From the NCBI RefSeq assembly GCF_009914755.1, contig NC_060934.1: DNA of 64,000 nt. One strand, given 5' to 3'. This document shows, piece after piece, positions 1 through 13,790 of this stretch (positions are counted from its first letter, which is position 1; each line of letters begins with the position of its first letter). Source of the DNA: the human T2T-CHM13v2.0 reference genome, Homo sapiens. The notes below the pieces were generated by a model. That model was given only the letters and a program-made list of their open reading frames with translations, searched no databases and was not told where the DNA came from. Both the position numbers and the translations under genes were made by a program.

Positions 1-2292
1 GGTAAGAAGAGATTAAGTAACTTACATTCACAATTTTTAGTGGTAGAGCCAGTAGGAAAGGAATTGAGCCCAGGATTAGGGAGCTGATGGAAAATAGAGA
101 AATTTTAGGTCTGGAGATCTCTCTGAGGATAGTGGAAATAAAGGCATGAGAGATGTAGAAGGGGAGAAAGTTATCATCAGAGAGTAAAATGGTGGAGGTT
201 ATGATTTTTTGAGATAGGGTTGTTCAGTGTTATGACAAAGGGTCAAGTCTTAGCAGTGGAGTAAAGGATGTTTATTATTGAATCTCTGTAGGCGTCGATG
301 TAGATGTTGAAGGCTCCTAAGGTTATACTAGAAGTTTGAATAGAGAGGAACATTATGATACCATCCTCATAAATGAAGTGGTATAATTGGAGATCTATAG
401 ATAAGAAGCAGCAGAGAGTGGAATAGATAAGCTTTCTTATTTCAATTCTAGCTTTTTAAACGTAGATTGAGGTTAGATCTGGTTTGCTGAAAAGACAGGA
501 ATAAATTGGGCTTGCTGCATATAATTTATTTCCCCCATATGGATAAGCTCGTTGGAAAGCTCCAGAAATATTCAGAATATAAATACAAAAGTTTCAAATT
601 TTACCTGACATGCCAGCTCTACTTAAGGTATGAATTCTAAATCTTGTATCTCTCCCCTGCAAGAAAAGCTACCTCCTCCTTTTTATATAGTAGTAGAACA
701 AAATTTTTGTTTGTGTTTGTGGCAGCACATCTCACCTCTTTGTTTCATAGCTGTTGGGTACACATTCCAAGGACGGTAAAAACAAAATGCACTTGCTCTT
801 CTAAATCTTTAGCCACTGGCTAGTGGATTGCATTTATTCTCAGTTTCCTTGCCGATCCTTTTACCCTTCCCCTCCCCCATTTTTCTTTTTGAATGGTTTT
901 GTTTCATGAAGCTCTTGAGAGCTTTCTATGTTATATTGTGGCACAGGAAAAAGTTTATTCATTTTAGCACTAAACTGTAGTTAACATTTTAAGTTAATCA
1001 TTTTTAGAATGTTTTGATGAGCAATCCTGTTTCATTTTTAGAGATGATTCAATCTGATATTTCATTTGCTTTTAAAGTCTCTAATTTCTTTTCATCTATT
1101 TCCATAGCATTGTAATTTGTATCCTGAACGTTTCTCTTCAGAGAAATATAAAAATCCAGCAATCCATTATAGTATTGTATTAAGCCTAAGATTTCATTAT
1201 TTATCATACACATTTATTTATTTATTTTTATTTTTTATCATACACATTTAAAGTACGGCCTTTGATTTATAGAATTTTTCATTTTGTGGTTGTGCCTGCT
1301 TATCTTTGTTTTTGTGTGTGTATGTCTTTCACAGAAATTAGTATCATTCTGTCATAGCTCTTAGGAAATTCAGAGTTAATCAAATATGTTATAAAATGTG
1401 TTTGTATAATGAAAAGGTTGGAGGAGATGATTCTGAAGGTGCCATTTAGAGCAGGTGTGCTATGGTTTGGTGGCTCTCTATTCTCTGCCCGCTTTAAATC
1501 TTAGTAGGCAGCAGATGAAATACTACTAAGTGACCTTTGACACAGAACCCATGAATGCTCCAAGTATGATTTCATTTTACCGTGTTCTTTGTAAACTCAA
1601 ATGCCTGTCAAATCAGATGTGTGTTTCGATGTTTTTACTGAATGCGCCTTGAGGAGGAGACTAAAGCTTGGGGTCAATTTGGCATAATCCCCACGTTTTT
1701 CTTTTTCTATTATAGAGGTTTCTTGGGGAAGGGGTGACATTTCTTTCTGAGGAAAAGGTGCAGGCTAAGTGTAGGTGGACTTTCTGTCTTCTCCATACTT
1801 TTTCTGACAGCCTCACTGGATCCTGGTGATATCATACATAAATGCAGAGCAGACTAGATGGGTTGCTGGTTGGTATTTTTGGTTACCATTTGATCTGGTG
1901 TCTTTGGTTATGTAATAGGCACATTAACTGACAAATTATATTAAGTAAATATATAGCCATGGGCTTTTTAAAATCTCACTTTTTAAAGTCAATAATTAGA
2001 TTAGATTGTCTCCCAGTAATTAAGTTTTTCATATGTTCATGGATATATGTAGTATATATTAAAAGATTATTTGTGTATTTTTTACATTAATTTGGTAATT
2101 TTGACAATTTGTCAACTCAAGTATAAAATACTTACATATAAATATACTTAAATAAGTATTTAAGATTTAATGTCAACTTTACAGTAATGAAATAGAAAAT
2201 TCTTGAATGTTACTCATTTAAATTTTCTGATTTGAGTTCTGATAATCTGTTAGAAAATTAGTAATATGCTTAGGCTCACTTCAATTTCCCCA

Positions 2293-2547
2293 GCAGAAAC
2301 TATTGTATCCTTACTGGTTAGAAGCTGCCAATAGTCATTAATTGTTAAAATATAAGAAGGTTGTAGGGGACCATATGACAAAAGAACTAGTTACCTTTAC
2401 AGTTTGTTCGCTGTACCTCATACACTTTGTGTTAGAAGAAAAGCTCTATTCAGTGCCTTGAGTGAAAAGATCCTTACCTCCTTTTAGACTCCGATTGTGG
2501 GAATTTTCTTGCTATCCTGGACATTTTAACTTGTTCTGGGTTATTTT
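2293..2547 (+). repeat. Copy 1 of a diverged ~250-bp local duplication
   Basis: Aligns colinearly with 3796-4046, e.g. tttacagtttgttcgctgtacctcat vs tttacaatttgttcactgtagctcat, and shared cttacctcc, tttcttgcta and gggttatttt. Confidence 0.8.
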
Positions 2548-3795
2548 GAACATATTAAGGTGGACTCCTGGAATAGTTGAGAACTAATTCATGTTTGTTT
2601 GTTTTTCTGAATCAGCAGTTTAGTGATTAAAGCTTAAGATTCTTTTAATAGATTTAATGAAAAAGAAATCTTAACTTGAAATTTAAATTAATGAAAAATA
2701 TTACCAGAGGAGATGTCTGATATTTTGATACGGGAAAATACAGAAAATAAAAACATTTAAAAATTTATCCAGATGTTAATGTTTGACTGGAAGTTTTCTA
2801 CTGGAAGAATTAGTTTGGATTTTACAATTTGGGAGAGGCAGAAGGGAGTTGGGGAGGTGGTCAAGCCCAAATTAGCATGTTGAATATCCAGATTCACAGA
2901 CATTTCACTAAACCATTTATGTACTTAGCATTTTTGTTGACTAGTCTTTTCATTTATAGTGCTCTTAAATCACTCCATTTGTCAGTTACTCCATTTACCT
3001 GAAGATTAAAGTATACACTGTGATAGAAAAAAATAGATTGGCAGGGGCGGGGGTTGTATTATATAATGTAATAAATCCTATTAAACCTGTTAAAGTAGAA
3101 ACATTAATTTTACGTTTTAGAATTTTCTTAATGACAGGAAAGTAAACTGGTAACTAAAATTCATTTTGTTCTGTAGGTTTGTGGCATTTTATGTGGGGAA
3201 TGTAGATGCTAAGTGTTATGAGTTGTCCACCTGTATAAAACTACTTCCCAGAAGCCTTGATGTTCCCATAAAGAGCTAAAGACAAAACCAAATCAACTGC
3301 TAACACCTTTTATGGGAGATCAACTTGTGTGGGTTATGAGGCCCACCTTGACTAAGCAGGATATGTAGGTAAACCTGCCCAGTTGGAATTAGTAGCTGAT
3401 ACTCTAAAAGGAGAATGGTGAACAGGAGGCCATTAGCAGAAACAGCCTCATTCATTTATAGAGATCATCTTGTTAAAAGGGAAATCAGCTTCCCTAGATC
3501 CCAAGGGGGTATTGAAAATGCTAGGAGAGAGCCTAGAAAACTTTTCTGTGCAGATTGTCAGAAAAAGGTGAAAATATTTTCTTTTACTGTAAAAAGAAAG
3601 AAATTCTTTTCCTTCTTCCAAAGATGCCTTACCACCTTTGAAAAAGATTTTTAAAAGTCTCAGAGAAAATGAAATATAGATTCTTAAAGTGGAAAGGGAC
3701 CTTAAAAATCCATCTGGTCTGGTTCATTTTATAGATAGAACTGAGAACCTCAAAAAGTTATGTAATTTGGCTTACATCACAAGAGCTAGTTTGAA

Positions 3796-4046
3796 GCAGA
3801 AGCTACGATTTTCTTACTGTGTCCAGTTGTTTGGAAGTATGAATAGTCATCATTAAAATGTAGGGAGTTTATAGGGAAGCTTATGACAACTATTAGTTAA
3901 TTTACAATTTGTTCACTGTAGCTCATCTGCTTTGTTTCAGAAGAAAAATTCTATGTCTTGTGTGGAAAAACTCTTACCTCCCTATGAACAGAACTATAGG
4001 AAATTTCTTGCTAACTTGGATGTTTCAGCTACTTCAGGGTTATTTT
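3796..4046 (+). repeat. Copy 2 of a diverged ~250-bp local duplication
   Basis: See 2293-2547; roughly 70% identity by eye. It follows a MIR-like segment (~3665-3810). Confidence 0.8.
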
Positions 4047-5123
4047 AAGTAACTGGATAGTTGGTTTTCAGAATTCTAGTTACAGAAACTAGTAAAAGAA
4101 TATGAGTTGTTGATACGTGGAAACTTTAGACCCAAAATAAAGGTAGGATGATGTGAGTTTAGTGCTTACAAATTTGAATGAAATAGTACCTTTTTGAGGT
4201 GTTTTAGTAGTTGCCCTTAATGATTTATTTTAAATTAGATGGCTTTGGGAGTAAAAATACTGCTTTTAGCAAAAAATAAATATAAAATTGAAACTTTTGC
4301 ACGTAGAGTTTTTTTTTTCTTTTTGAGATAGATAAAGCCATCTAATGTCCTTTTCTATCATGTCTTGATAAGTCAAGAGCAGACCACTTGATGAAGAAAA
4401 ATGAAATATCATCTAAAATAGAAAAATATCCTGTTAGGAAAAATACCACCGTTTTTTCGCTGCCTTTAGTCTGGTTGTTCTTATTGTGTGAAGGGAACTT
4501 AAATCTTGTCAAATTACATACATTGTAAGTCCCATTTCTGTCTTAAAAGTATAACCATGCATGCTCAATTAAGTCAGTTATCGTCTTCAGACTGTACTTT
4601 TGCTAATTAAGTCTTTTCCTTGGGGTTAAGATAAGACAAGATTTACAGATTTTTAAGTTTAAGGCCTGTAACTACTGAGGATGGTTTAAAGCTTTGATAA
4701 GTGAGATGTGGTGCTTTAAAGGAGGACTTTCCTTTAGTCTCTTAAAAACACTTGGAAGATATTTATTACAGTTTTCCAAAGTAAGATAAAGCTCAGCTTT
4801 AATAATGAGGACCTTGAAGTTTTTTTATGTGGTGGGGAGGTGTTAGGAAACTCATTTTTTAACTACCTTCAAGTGATTATCGAGGCAGGTTTTTCTTCCC
4901 TATGAGGAAGAAAATGAATTGTGCAATGCCAGTTTAAAGAAACTAAAGCAATGTATTTCTTACATAAAGTAGATCATTCTCTCTCCCTGTGTAACTGCCA
5001 CCTGTTTAAAATAAGATTCCAGTCTTGCCTCTGTCAGTCTTAATGTGATAGACTCTCACTCAGTGAAGATCTATGGATTTATTTTATTGAAAACATTTGT
5101 TTAGCATATATCTGTGTTATTTT

Positions 5124-5253
5124 AATTTTAATGTTTTTAGAGATGAGGTCTAGCTATTTTGCCCAGGCTGGCCTTGAACTCCTGGGTTCAAGTGATCCTC
5201 CTGTTTGGCCTCCTAGGTAGCTGGGACTACAGGCATGAGCCACCATGCCTGGG
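5124..5253 (-). mobile_element. FLAM (free left Alu monomer)
   Basis: Antisense left-monomer sequence gagatgaggtct...gcccaggctggccttgaactcctggg...gagccaccatgcctggg. Confidence 0.85.
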
Positions 5254-6026
5254 TAAGATCTAATGATTTATTTGATTGAAAACACTTATTTAGCATACAT
5301 TCATGTATTTTTGTAACTTGTTGCCTCCTGACAGGTCACTAGACATAGGAAAGTGCCTCTTTTAACACTTTCATAAACCTTTAACATAAACATTTTAAAT
5401 TTCTTCATTATAGTGGAAATAGCGTCTCCCCTTATTATTGGACATTTTGAAAAATTAAAAAAATTTTAAAACAATTTTTATCATAAATACTAGATGGGAA
5501 TAATTATATATGAAGCTTGTCTGACAAGTTGGATTTTTATGATAGGATAGAATCCCAGGAGTAGAATTATTGGGCATACCCTTTTAAGCCTCACAGTAAA
5601 TTATTACTAAAGTGTGTTGCAAAGATTTTATCAGTTGTATAGACTCCCAGATATGAATTCCAGGGCCCTTCAGGGGAATTAGTGGGGACATTTTGCAAAG
5701 AGCAACAGATGGTGTCTGGAAACATGTTCTTTAATCTTTGCTGTGCCACATACTAGTTGTAGATATCTGGGTTAGTAACATAGGTTGTGTGGGCCTTACT
5801 TTCCTCACCATAACTCAGGTGAATTTTAACTATTCTACTGGCCTTAATTCTCATTCTGTAAAATATGAGTATAATCAAGGAGAATCAGTGCCTATATATT
5901 ACCAAGTGATTTGTCTGGGAAAAAAGCAGAAGCAGGGAATGTCAGATGTACCTAGAAAAAGGAGCAAGTTAGGGGAAATGCACAAAACATGATTTGCTCT
6001 TCTGGTTTTTTTAAGAATAGAGTCTA

Positions 6027-6349
<323 letters not shown>

Positions 6350-6559
6350 TTATGTCAGATAGACACTCCTCCTGAGACTTAGGGATTTTCAAACCATTTC
6401 AAATAGAAAATGAAAGTGTAAGGAGACAAGTGTGTAACTTTCCAAAAGAAGTTGTGTTCTGTGTCCGTTTTAGGTTACAGAATGACTCAAGCCAAAAAAA
6501 AAGTATGTTATTCATTCATTTACACAAAATACAAAATATTTTCATTATCTTCTGTTATT

Positions 6560-7990
6560 TGTTTAAATTGATAAAATTATATTTATGGTGTACAACTTTA
6601 TTTTTTGATATATGTACACATTGTGGAATGGCTAAATCAAGCTAATTAACATATGCATTACCTCACATACTTTTTGTTGTGAGAACACCTAAAATCTACT
6701 CTTCACAATTTTCAGGTGTACAGTATATTAACTGTAGGCCTATGATTTACCATGGATCTCTTGAATTTATTCCTCCTGTTTAGATGAAATTTTGTATCCT
6801 TTGACCAACATTTCCCCACCCCTTCTACACCCCAGCCTCTGGTTACCACCATTCTACTCTCTGCTTCCATGATTTAGACTGTTTTAGATTCCACGTATAA
6901 GTGAGATCATTGGCATTTCTCTTTCTGTGCCTTAGCTTATTTCACTTATTATAATGTCCTCCAGGTTCATCCGTGTCGTTGCAACTGACAGGATTTTCTT
7001 CTCTTTGAAGGAAGAATAGTATTCTGTTGTGTGCGTATACTACATTCTCTCTATCAGTTCATCTGTTGATGGATACTTAGGTTGATTCCATATCCTGGCT
7101 CTTACGAATAATGCTGAAATGAACAGGGGAGTACAGATACCTCATCAACACACTGATTTCATTTCTTTTGTATTTATAACTATTGGTGAGACTGGTGGAT
7201 CATATGATAGCTCCAATGTTAGTTTTTGAGGACCCTCCATACTGTTTTCCATAGTGGCTGTACCAATTTACATTCCCAGCAACAGCGTACAGGGGTTTCC
7301 TTCTCTCTGCATCCTCATCAGCACTTGTTCTGTTTCATCTTTTTGATAATCACCATTCTAACAGGTGTGAGGTAGTCTCTCATTGGGTTTTAATTTGCAT
7401 TTCCCTGATGATTAGTCATGCTGAGCACTATTTCATATACCTGTTGGCAATTTGTATGTCATCCCTTATGAAATGTCTGCACCCTTTGCTGTTTTTTTAT
7501 TAGGTTTATTTATTTTCTTGCTATTTAGTTGCTTTAGCTTTTTACATGTTTTGGATACTAATGTCTTATCAGTTGTATGGTGTGTTTTCAAATATTTTCT
7601 CCCATTCTGCAGGTTGTCTCTTCACTCTTGATTGTTTTATTTGCTGAGCAGAAATTTTTAGTTTGATGTAATCCTATTTGTCTATTTTTGTTTTTGTTGC
7701 CTATACTTTTAGGGTCATATTTAGAAAGTCATTGCCCATACCAGTGTCAGAGAGCTTTTTCCCTATGTTTTCTTGTAGGAGTTTTATAGTGTCGGGTTTC
7801 ATGTTTAAGTATTTAATCAATTTTGAGTTGATTTTCGTAAATGATGTGAGATGAGGGTCTAATTTCATTCTTCTGCATGGGGACATTCAGTTTTCCCAAC
7901 ACCATTTATTGAGGAGACTGTTTTTTCCCCATTGTGTGTTCTTGGCATCTTTATTGAAAATCAATTGACCATAAATGTGTGGTCTCTCTA
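6560..7990 (-). mobile_element. L1MA-type LINE-1, 5'-truncated (3'UTR plus ORF2 end)
   Basis: Minus-strand ORF2 remnants (CRRMKLDPHLT..TKINSK; [28 protein letters not shown]) and an L1M-like 3'UTR. Confidence 0.9.
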
Positions 7991-10179
7991 TTATATTCAT
8001 ATTTTTTAAGTAAATTATTTTATGATGAGAAAGGTGGCAAAAATTCTGCATTATCTTTGATATGTAAGAAAAGGCCATTTGGGCACAGATTGGACCTGAT
8101 TATTTCTCTTTTCAAGAAGCAAGTACCTTATCTCTATTCTTATTCCAAAGTGATTTAATCTCTATTAATAATTTAGGCAACTAAACATCATTACTGATTG
8201 TAGGAGAAATCTGAGTCTAGTCTGTCTATACTGATCAAGAACCAGGACTACCTCATGGAGACTTTGGTAAAATAAATCTCAACAGCACTCACCAGATGAA
8301 TAAAGGTTTTCTTGAACTAGTTTAAGATACTTGGTTATCAGTTGAACACAAATAGTAATAATTTAAGGTTTCATGAATTGACATGTCTATAATTAGCTTC
8401 CTAAACTAAGAATAACAAAAAATGAGTAGTTTGTTAATTCCTAATAGCCTGTGATGAAAGTTATTATCTGGGGTTTTTTTTGGGTCTGTTTTAAAAATTA
8501 ACACTTTGGCTCTGATTATAAAATTTATAAATTGGAAATTGAAATTACTGGATAAAATACAATTTATGTTTTAAAAACATTTTCAAGTGGAAAAAATTAC
8601 AGCTTGGCTGAATAGTGATAATTTTCAAACTAAGCCTTTGAGTTCACTATTTAGAGTTCTCTGATAAATTGTTAGAGTTAGAAGTAGTGAGTTCATTGCT
8701 TGACTGAATAAATAATTCATATGGCACAAAAGCAGCTTTTTCTTTCTCTTCAGTTCCCTTCTCCCCCATTATGTTCACTTTCTCTCTTGTAAAAGGCTCC
8801 TTTGCAGCCAAATAGCAACCTTGTGTGAATATGCAGGGACTTGGGCATAGTTTCAACCTCAGTGTTAGCTGAGTATCTGGAGTCATGGAAGAGAATTAAG
8901 AATCTGTCTTGAATGTATATTTTCTAGTAGCAACTGAAAAGAAATATAGTAGTTGTAAATTGCTAGACCTTACTCTTACGGTACAGTTGCTCTGGAAATC
9001 TCTTTTTAGCAAAATAGGATTTTATTTCTGGATATAGAATCTTTCGTAGTGTCTGCGTCAAAACAAAATTAAGTTTTAAAATTGAGTAAATCATTTATTT
9101 TTTCTAGTTTTTTCAGAAATGCTTTTTTACTAGACTAAATAACTTTTCAGCATCAGTCTGATAAGCATAGAATTTTCAAAATTCTTTACTTGCTATTTTA
9201 GAATTCTTTATTTTCTAAGAATTATGAAGACTGTATTAGGTATTTATGTGGACTTCCTTTTTTTCCTACCTTTTATTATAGCACCAAAATTGGAATTACG
9301 CTAGATTATTTTCTCTCTGCTGTTTAAATCATAAGAGACTCTTTTATTGGGTCAGGGCAATTGTCTTTCTAGCACAATAATCTTCTTTGATAATGTCACT
9401 ACTGGAAATTATGTTTATCCTTCATAAATTAACTAATCCTTATTTTTGTAATAAATTATCTGATATCCTTCAGAGGTTATCTAAAAATATTCCTTTAAGT
9501 CTGCATGTATTCAGCATATTTCATGGTATAACAAGACTTTTACAGTTGTATAACAGAAATTTAAAATAAGGCAACGGACTGTAATCCAGACTTCTGTCAA
9601 CTGGAAATTTTTATGAAGTAGTATTTTGCTGGTATACTGATACTTCACCAAATACAATGTTTATCTTTAAAGAAGTTTCTAAATAAGACAAAACATTATG
9701 TTTAGTAAAATTCAATGTAGTATGTTTTACTGTATACTAATTCTTTATATAGCCCATAATCATAATACATAGGCTATATAATACATGTAAAGCATATAAT
9801 TCATAATACATAGGATACAAATCAAATATATGAGCTTTATTTTGATATAATCAGACTTTATTCTGTTACCTATTTGCCTTTCTTTTTCAAACTTTTAAGC
9901 GTTGCCCTTATTTTCATAAGACTTAGTGTTTCACTCAGTATTAAATTTATCCAAAGTCATTGTGATTTTATGAAACATTGTGATTTTAAGTGCTGAACCA
10001 TGTTGTTTTTCAATGTAAAATGAGTGTAACTTTTAGTAATTATTGAAATTTAAGCGTTACTGTGATTTTCCATAATTCTATTTCGGTAGTCACAAAAAAA
10101 CAAAAATTTGGCTTCTTATTGGCCCTTCTAGTGCCAACACTGGCATTGTTGAAATACATTTCTAAGGAAGATGGTGAGT

Positions 10180-10717
10180 GTTTCACTTCATTAGTAGCTG
10201 CATGACAAGCCACCCCAAAGTTTAATGGCTTAAAACAACAGTAATTCATTATTTCTCATAATTTTGAGAGTTGACTGAGTGAGTCTTCTGCTTTGTGTGG
10301 TCTTGGCTGGGGTGCTAGGAAAGAGGGCAGTCCACAGTGGCCTCACTTACATAGCTGGCAGTGGATGCAGGCTGCTGGCGTGGAGCACAGTTGGGGGTGG
10401 CCTGGGTGCCTCAGCTCTCCTTAAGTGTGCCTCTCTGTGAAGTTAGTTGGGCTTGCTTACAACATGGTAGCTGGATTCCAAAAAGAAATGTTCCAAGGGC
10501 AAAGAAGCTGCAGCCTTTTAAAGGGCCATATTTAGAAGTTACTTAGCATTACTTCTGCCCATTCTGTTGATCAAAACAAGTCACAAGGCCAGCCCAGATC
10601 AACAGGAAGAGAAATAGGCTTCATTTGTTAAAGATGGAGTAGCAAGATTACACTGTAGAAGAGCAAATGGTTTGGGATGTATTGTTGCAGCCATCTATGG
10701 AAATGCAAACTACCACA
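10180..10717 (-). mobile_element. MLT1-family (MaLR) solo LTR
   Basis: Typical MLT1 antisense motifs caccccaaagtttaatggcttaaaacaaca and caagtcacaaggccagcccagatc; ends in ..ccaca. Confidence 0.7.
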
Positions 10718-12888
10718 AGGAAGTGCAGTTTTTGCTGAGCATGGGTATTTGCCATTACCACATTTCAGAAACTGGTATAGTCAAGCACACATGGATTTGA
10801 CCACTGGATTTACACTAGGGTCACTTAAGAGCTATCAGCCACTGTCTTCTCATCTGTATGACAGTAGTAGTATCAACCTCACAGGATTGACAGTTAAGTG
10901 AGATAATTTGGAAGTACACAGCGTAGTGCTGGAAATTCCATTACTCCCATCCTGTTTCTTTTCCCATGTCCCTCATGTTTAATTTTTATATTTGTGATTA
11001 TAATACTTAAAGGTATGTTTTAAAGATAAATCATAATTCATCTAAAGTCTTTGTCTTACCAAGATAGTTCAATAGTTCCAATCTGAATAAAGTTTATAAC
11101 ATTAACATAATTTATAGATCTTCTAATACAAGCATCTGTCTAATGCTAGAATTCTTTATAAACCACTGTATATAGGCTACTCACAATGTAATGAGCTACT
11201 AATTGGTAGAAACAAGTGGCTATTTGCCATAGTTCTACATTCTGTTCTACCTTCTATTTTGCAGAAAAATCTTACAGCTTTCCTAAGCCATCTTTTTAGG
11301 TCAATTCCAGAATTTGTTTATGATCAAATTGACAAGTACCTAGCCAAAGAGATTAAGATACTGAATCAGAGAAAGAAGTCTAAAGAGATAATTTTCCAAT
11401 GATCATTTCTAAAGAAGGAATAGAGATAAAATATTTTAAAACAGGTACTGAATAGTCACAGTCAAAGGTTTGATTATGAGTCAGCTTTGTTGGTTTTAGT
11501 CTCATTAGTCACCAGCACCACCAACCTGTCATATTGGCAATACATAGTTTTGGTCACCAGGAGAAGGAGTCACAGAAAACCAGTACTACTACTTACAGAA
11601 GATTAACTGAAAGCACATGTCCTGATTTGTTCTTGAAGATAAGACTGAGGTGAATATTGCTTAAAACAGTATCAGCAAAATACAAAATCAAGTGAAATAT
11701 TACATTGAATATAATAATTGAAAGAATGAGGATAGACACAAAGAACTTTTGGATGCTAGTGATTAGATATTAGAATTAGTTTCTCAGAATATTTTAAAGA
11801 ATTTAACAAATGACAGTGTTATGAATTATGTGGGCAGTGCTTAAAGTGGGAACAGAGCAAAAGAAGTGGATTTAGTTTTGTCAAGTCTGTCTGTTCAGCG
11901 TTAGGGGGAACATTTTATTTCTTCTGAAACAATGATATTGGAATCCCATTTCATCTTTTCATTTTCAAACACTGACTTTATAAGTGACTTTGGGAGAAGC
12001 TTTTAAGTTTTATATAAAGCACTTTTTTTGTACTTAGCACAAAGTGGGCACCTTTAAAATTACCTGTTTGTATAGCAGTTAATTTAAAGAATATGTTCAT
12101 GCATATTACTATATTTTCTCGATTCTAAAAGCTCATCAATTGTAAGGCACATTCTTTGATTTCATAACAACTTTTTAATGTCTCTTTTTGGAAAAATAAA
12201 ACACTTTTCTTGGGGGAGGAGGAGAATTTTTCTAAGGATTATTCTGAATTCCTTTGGGCCATAGGCACTGTAGCAAATGCTGCTCTTCCTGATCTTTAAC
12301 ACTTTTAGGATTGATAGTGTCGTTCTGAGCCATGTCCAGGAATTACTTTGGCGAGGTTTCCATTTCCTATTTAATTAAAATTTTTTTACTAATTATATTA
12401 CATTTCACTAGAAGTTAAATAACTTCTCTTGAAAGTCATCCAGAAGACTTTAACAGCCAGATATTTGGTATCTGCTCAGAATTATCACTTGTGAAACCTT
12501 CATTAAACATAATTCAGCCACATGTCACAGAAAGTTCTGCATGTATAATAACTTTTTGTTTCAATGCTGCATTATAGTGATCTTTAAAAGACATTTTAAG
12601 AGGTAATTTAGGGATTTCAAATTAAGTTAAAATTTAGCTGTGCATAGTTCTGTTGATGCTGATAAGTGAACAGAAGGTAAATTCTTAGTCATGTCTAAGT
12701 TCACACAGAGATACAATAATACACGTGGGTGTAATACAAAGCATTATAGTATTTTGTATAGTATCTCCTTTGTTATTAAAAGTTCTTTTGATATCTTTGG
12801 TAAGACTCCTATTGATTTGAAAAATGTTACTGTGAAAAAAATGTGCTTTAAGAGTTGAGAAAGTAAATTATTCCTTTTTTTCTCTCAG

Positions 12889-12937
12889 CAGCTGTTTAAG
12901 GAAGACAGAGCAGGCATTGGATAATATTCTTATTAAG
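12889..12937 (+). other. Candidate non-coding cassette exon with tandem NAGNAG acceptor
   Basis: Acceptor ttcctttttttctctcAG|cAG| and donor attaag|GTaaag. Confidence 0.55.
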
Positions 12938-13089
12938 GTAAAGAATCTGGGTGTTTGAGCCCTAAAGTCATACAGCAAGTAGTCCACCTGGAATCATGAA
13001 CCAGGTCTTCAGGACTTCCAGATATTTGTGCTGTATACTATGCTGCATTTTCAACAATAATTCATTTATCTGTGGGTTTGATTTAATGA

Positions 13090-13790
13090 GACTCATTTAT
13101 TCAACAAATATTTATTAAATGCTATTCTTGCCAGTCATTGTGTTAAATGATAGTGTAACACAGTAAACAAGACAGATATCTTTCCATGTCCTCACGAAAC
13201 CAGCAGCTTTGGAACTAAACAAATAATTATAACTAAGATGAGCATTAAGGGAGAAATTGTAAGATGATAGGAAAGAATATAACAGGCGGACTTAACCTGC
13301 TCTGGGATGGTGGGGGAGTGTTGAATGTGAACTGAGGGTAGGACATGAGAAATAACTTTTGGGCTGAGATTGGAAGAATCAGCATGAGTTAGCTTAAGCC
13401 TAGGAATTAGGAGAAGGGTTAGGATGGAACATTGCAGGCAACAGAAATAGCATCTACAAAAGTAAAAGGAAGAACTGAAAAGATTCCAGTGTGAGCGTTG
13501 AAAAGAAGGATAAGTAAATGTAGAGAAGAATGTAGGAAAGAGATTATGCATTCTTCAGGATTTTTTGACCTATATCCTAAGGGATATTGGGAAACCATGG
13601 AAAGGTTTTAAGCATCGGGGTATGCCATGATTAAATTTTTCATTTGAAAATCATGAGTCTGACTATAGTATATATAGAAGCATTGTTGTTAGATGCTATT
13701 TCGGTAGGCCAGGTTGGAGATGATGGTTACAGCAGTGGAGCTGGAGAGAAGGGAATAGATTTGAAATTTGGGATGTGAACAAAGCCTTGT
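13090..13790 (-). mobile_element. L2 LINE fragment
   Basis: L2 3' end signature cattcatttattcaacaaatatttatt-like, followed by a purine-rich antisense L2 body. Confidence 0.7.

Noticed and set aside
7701-8078. L1 ORF2-like peptides as genes
   Set aside because: Interrupted remnants of a truncated old L1; likewise 63661-63906.
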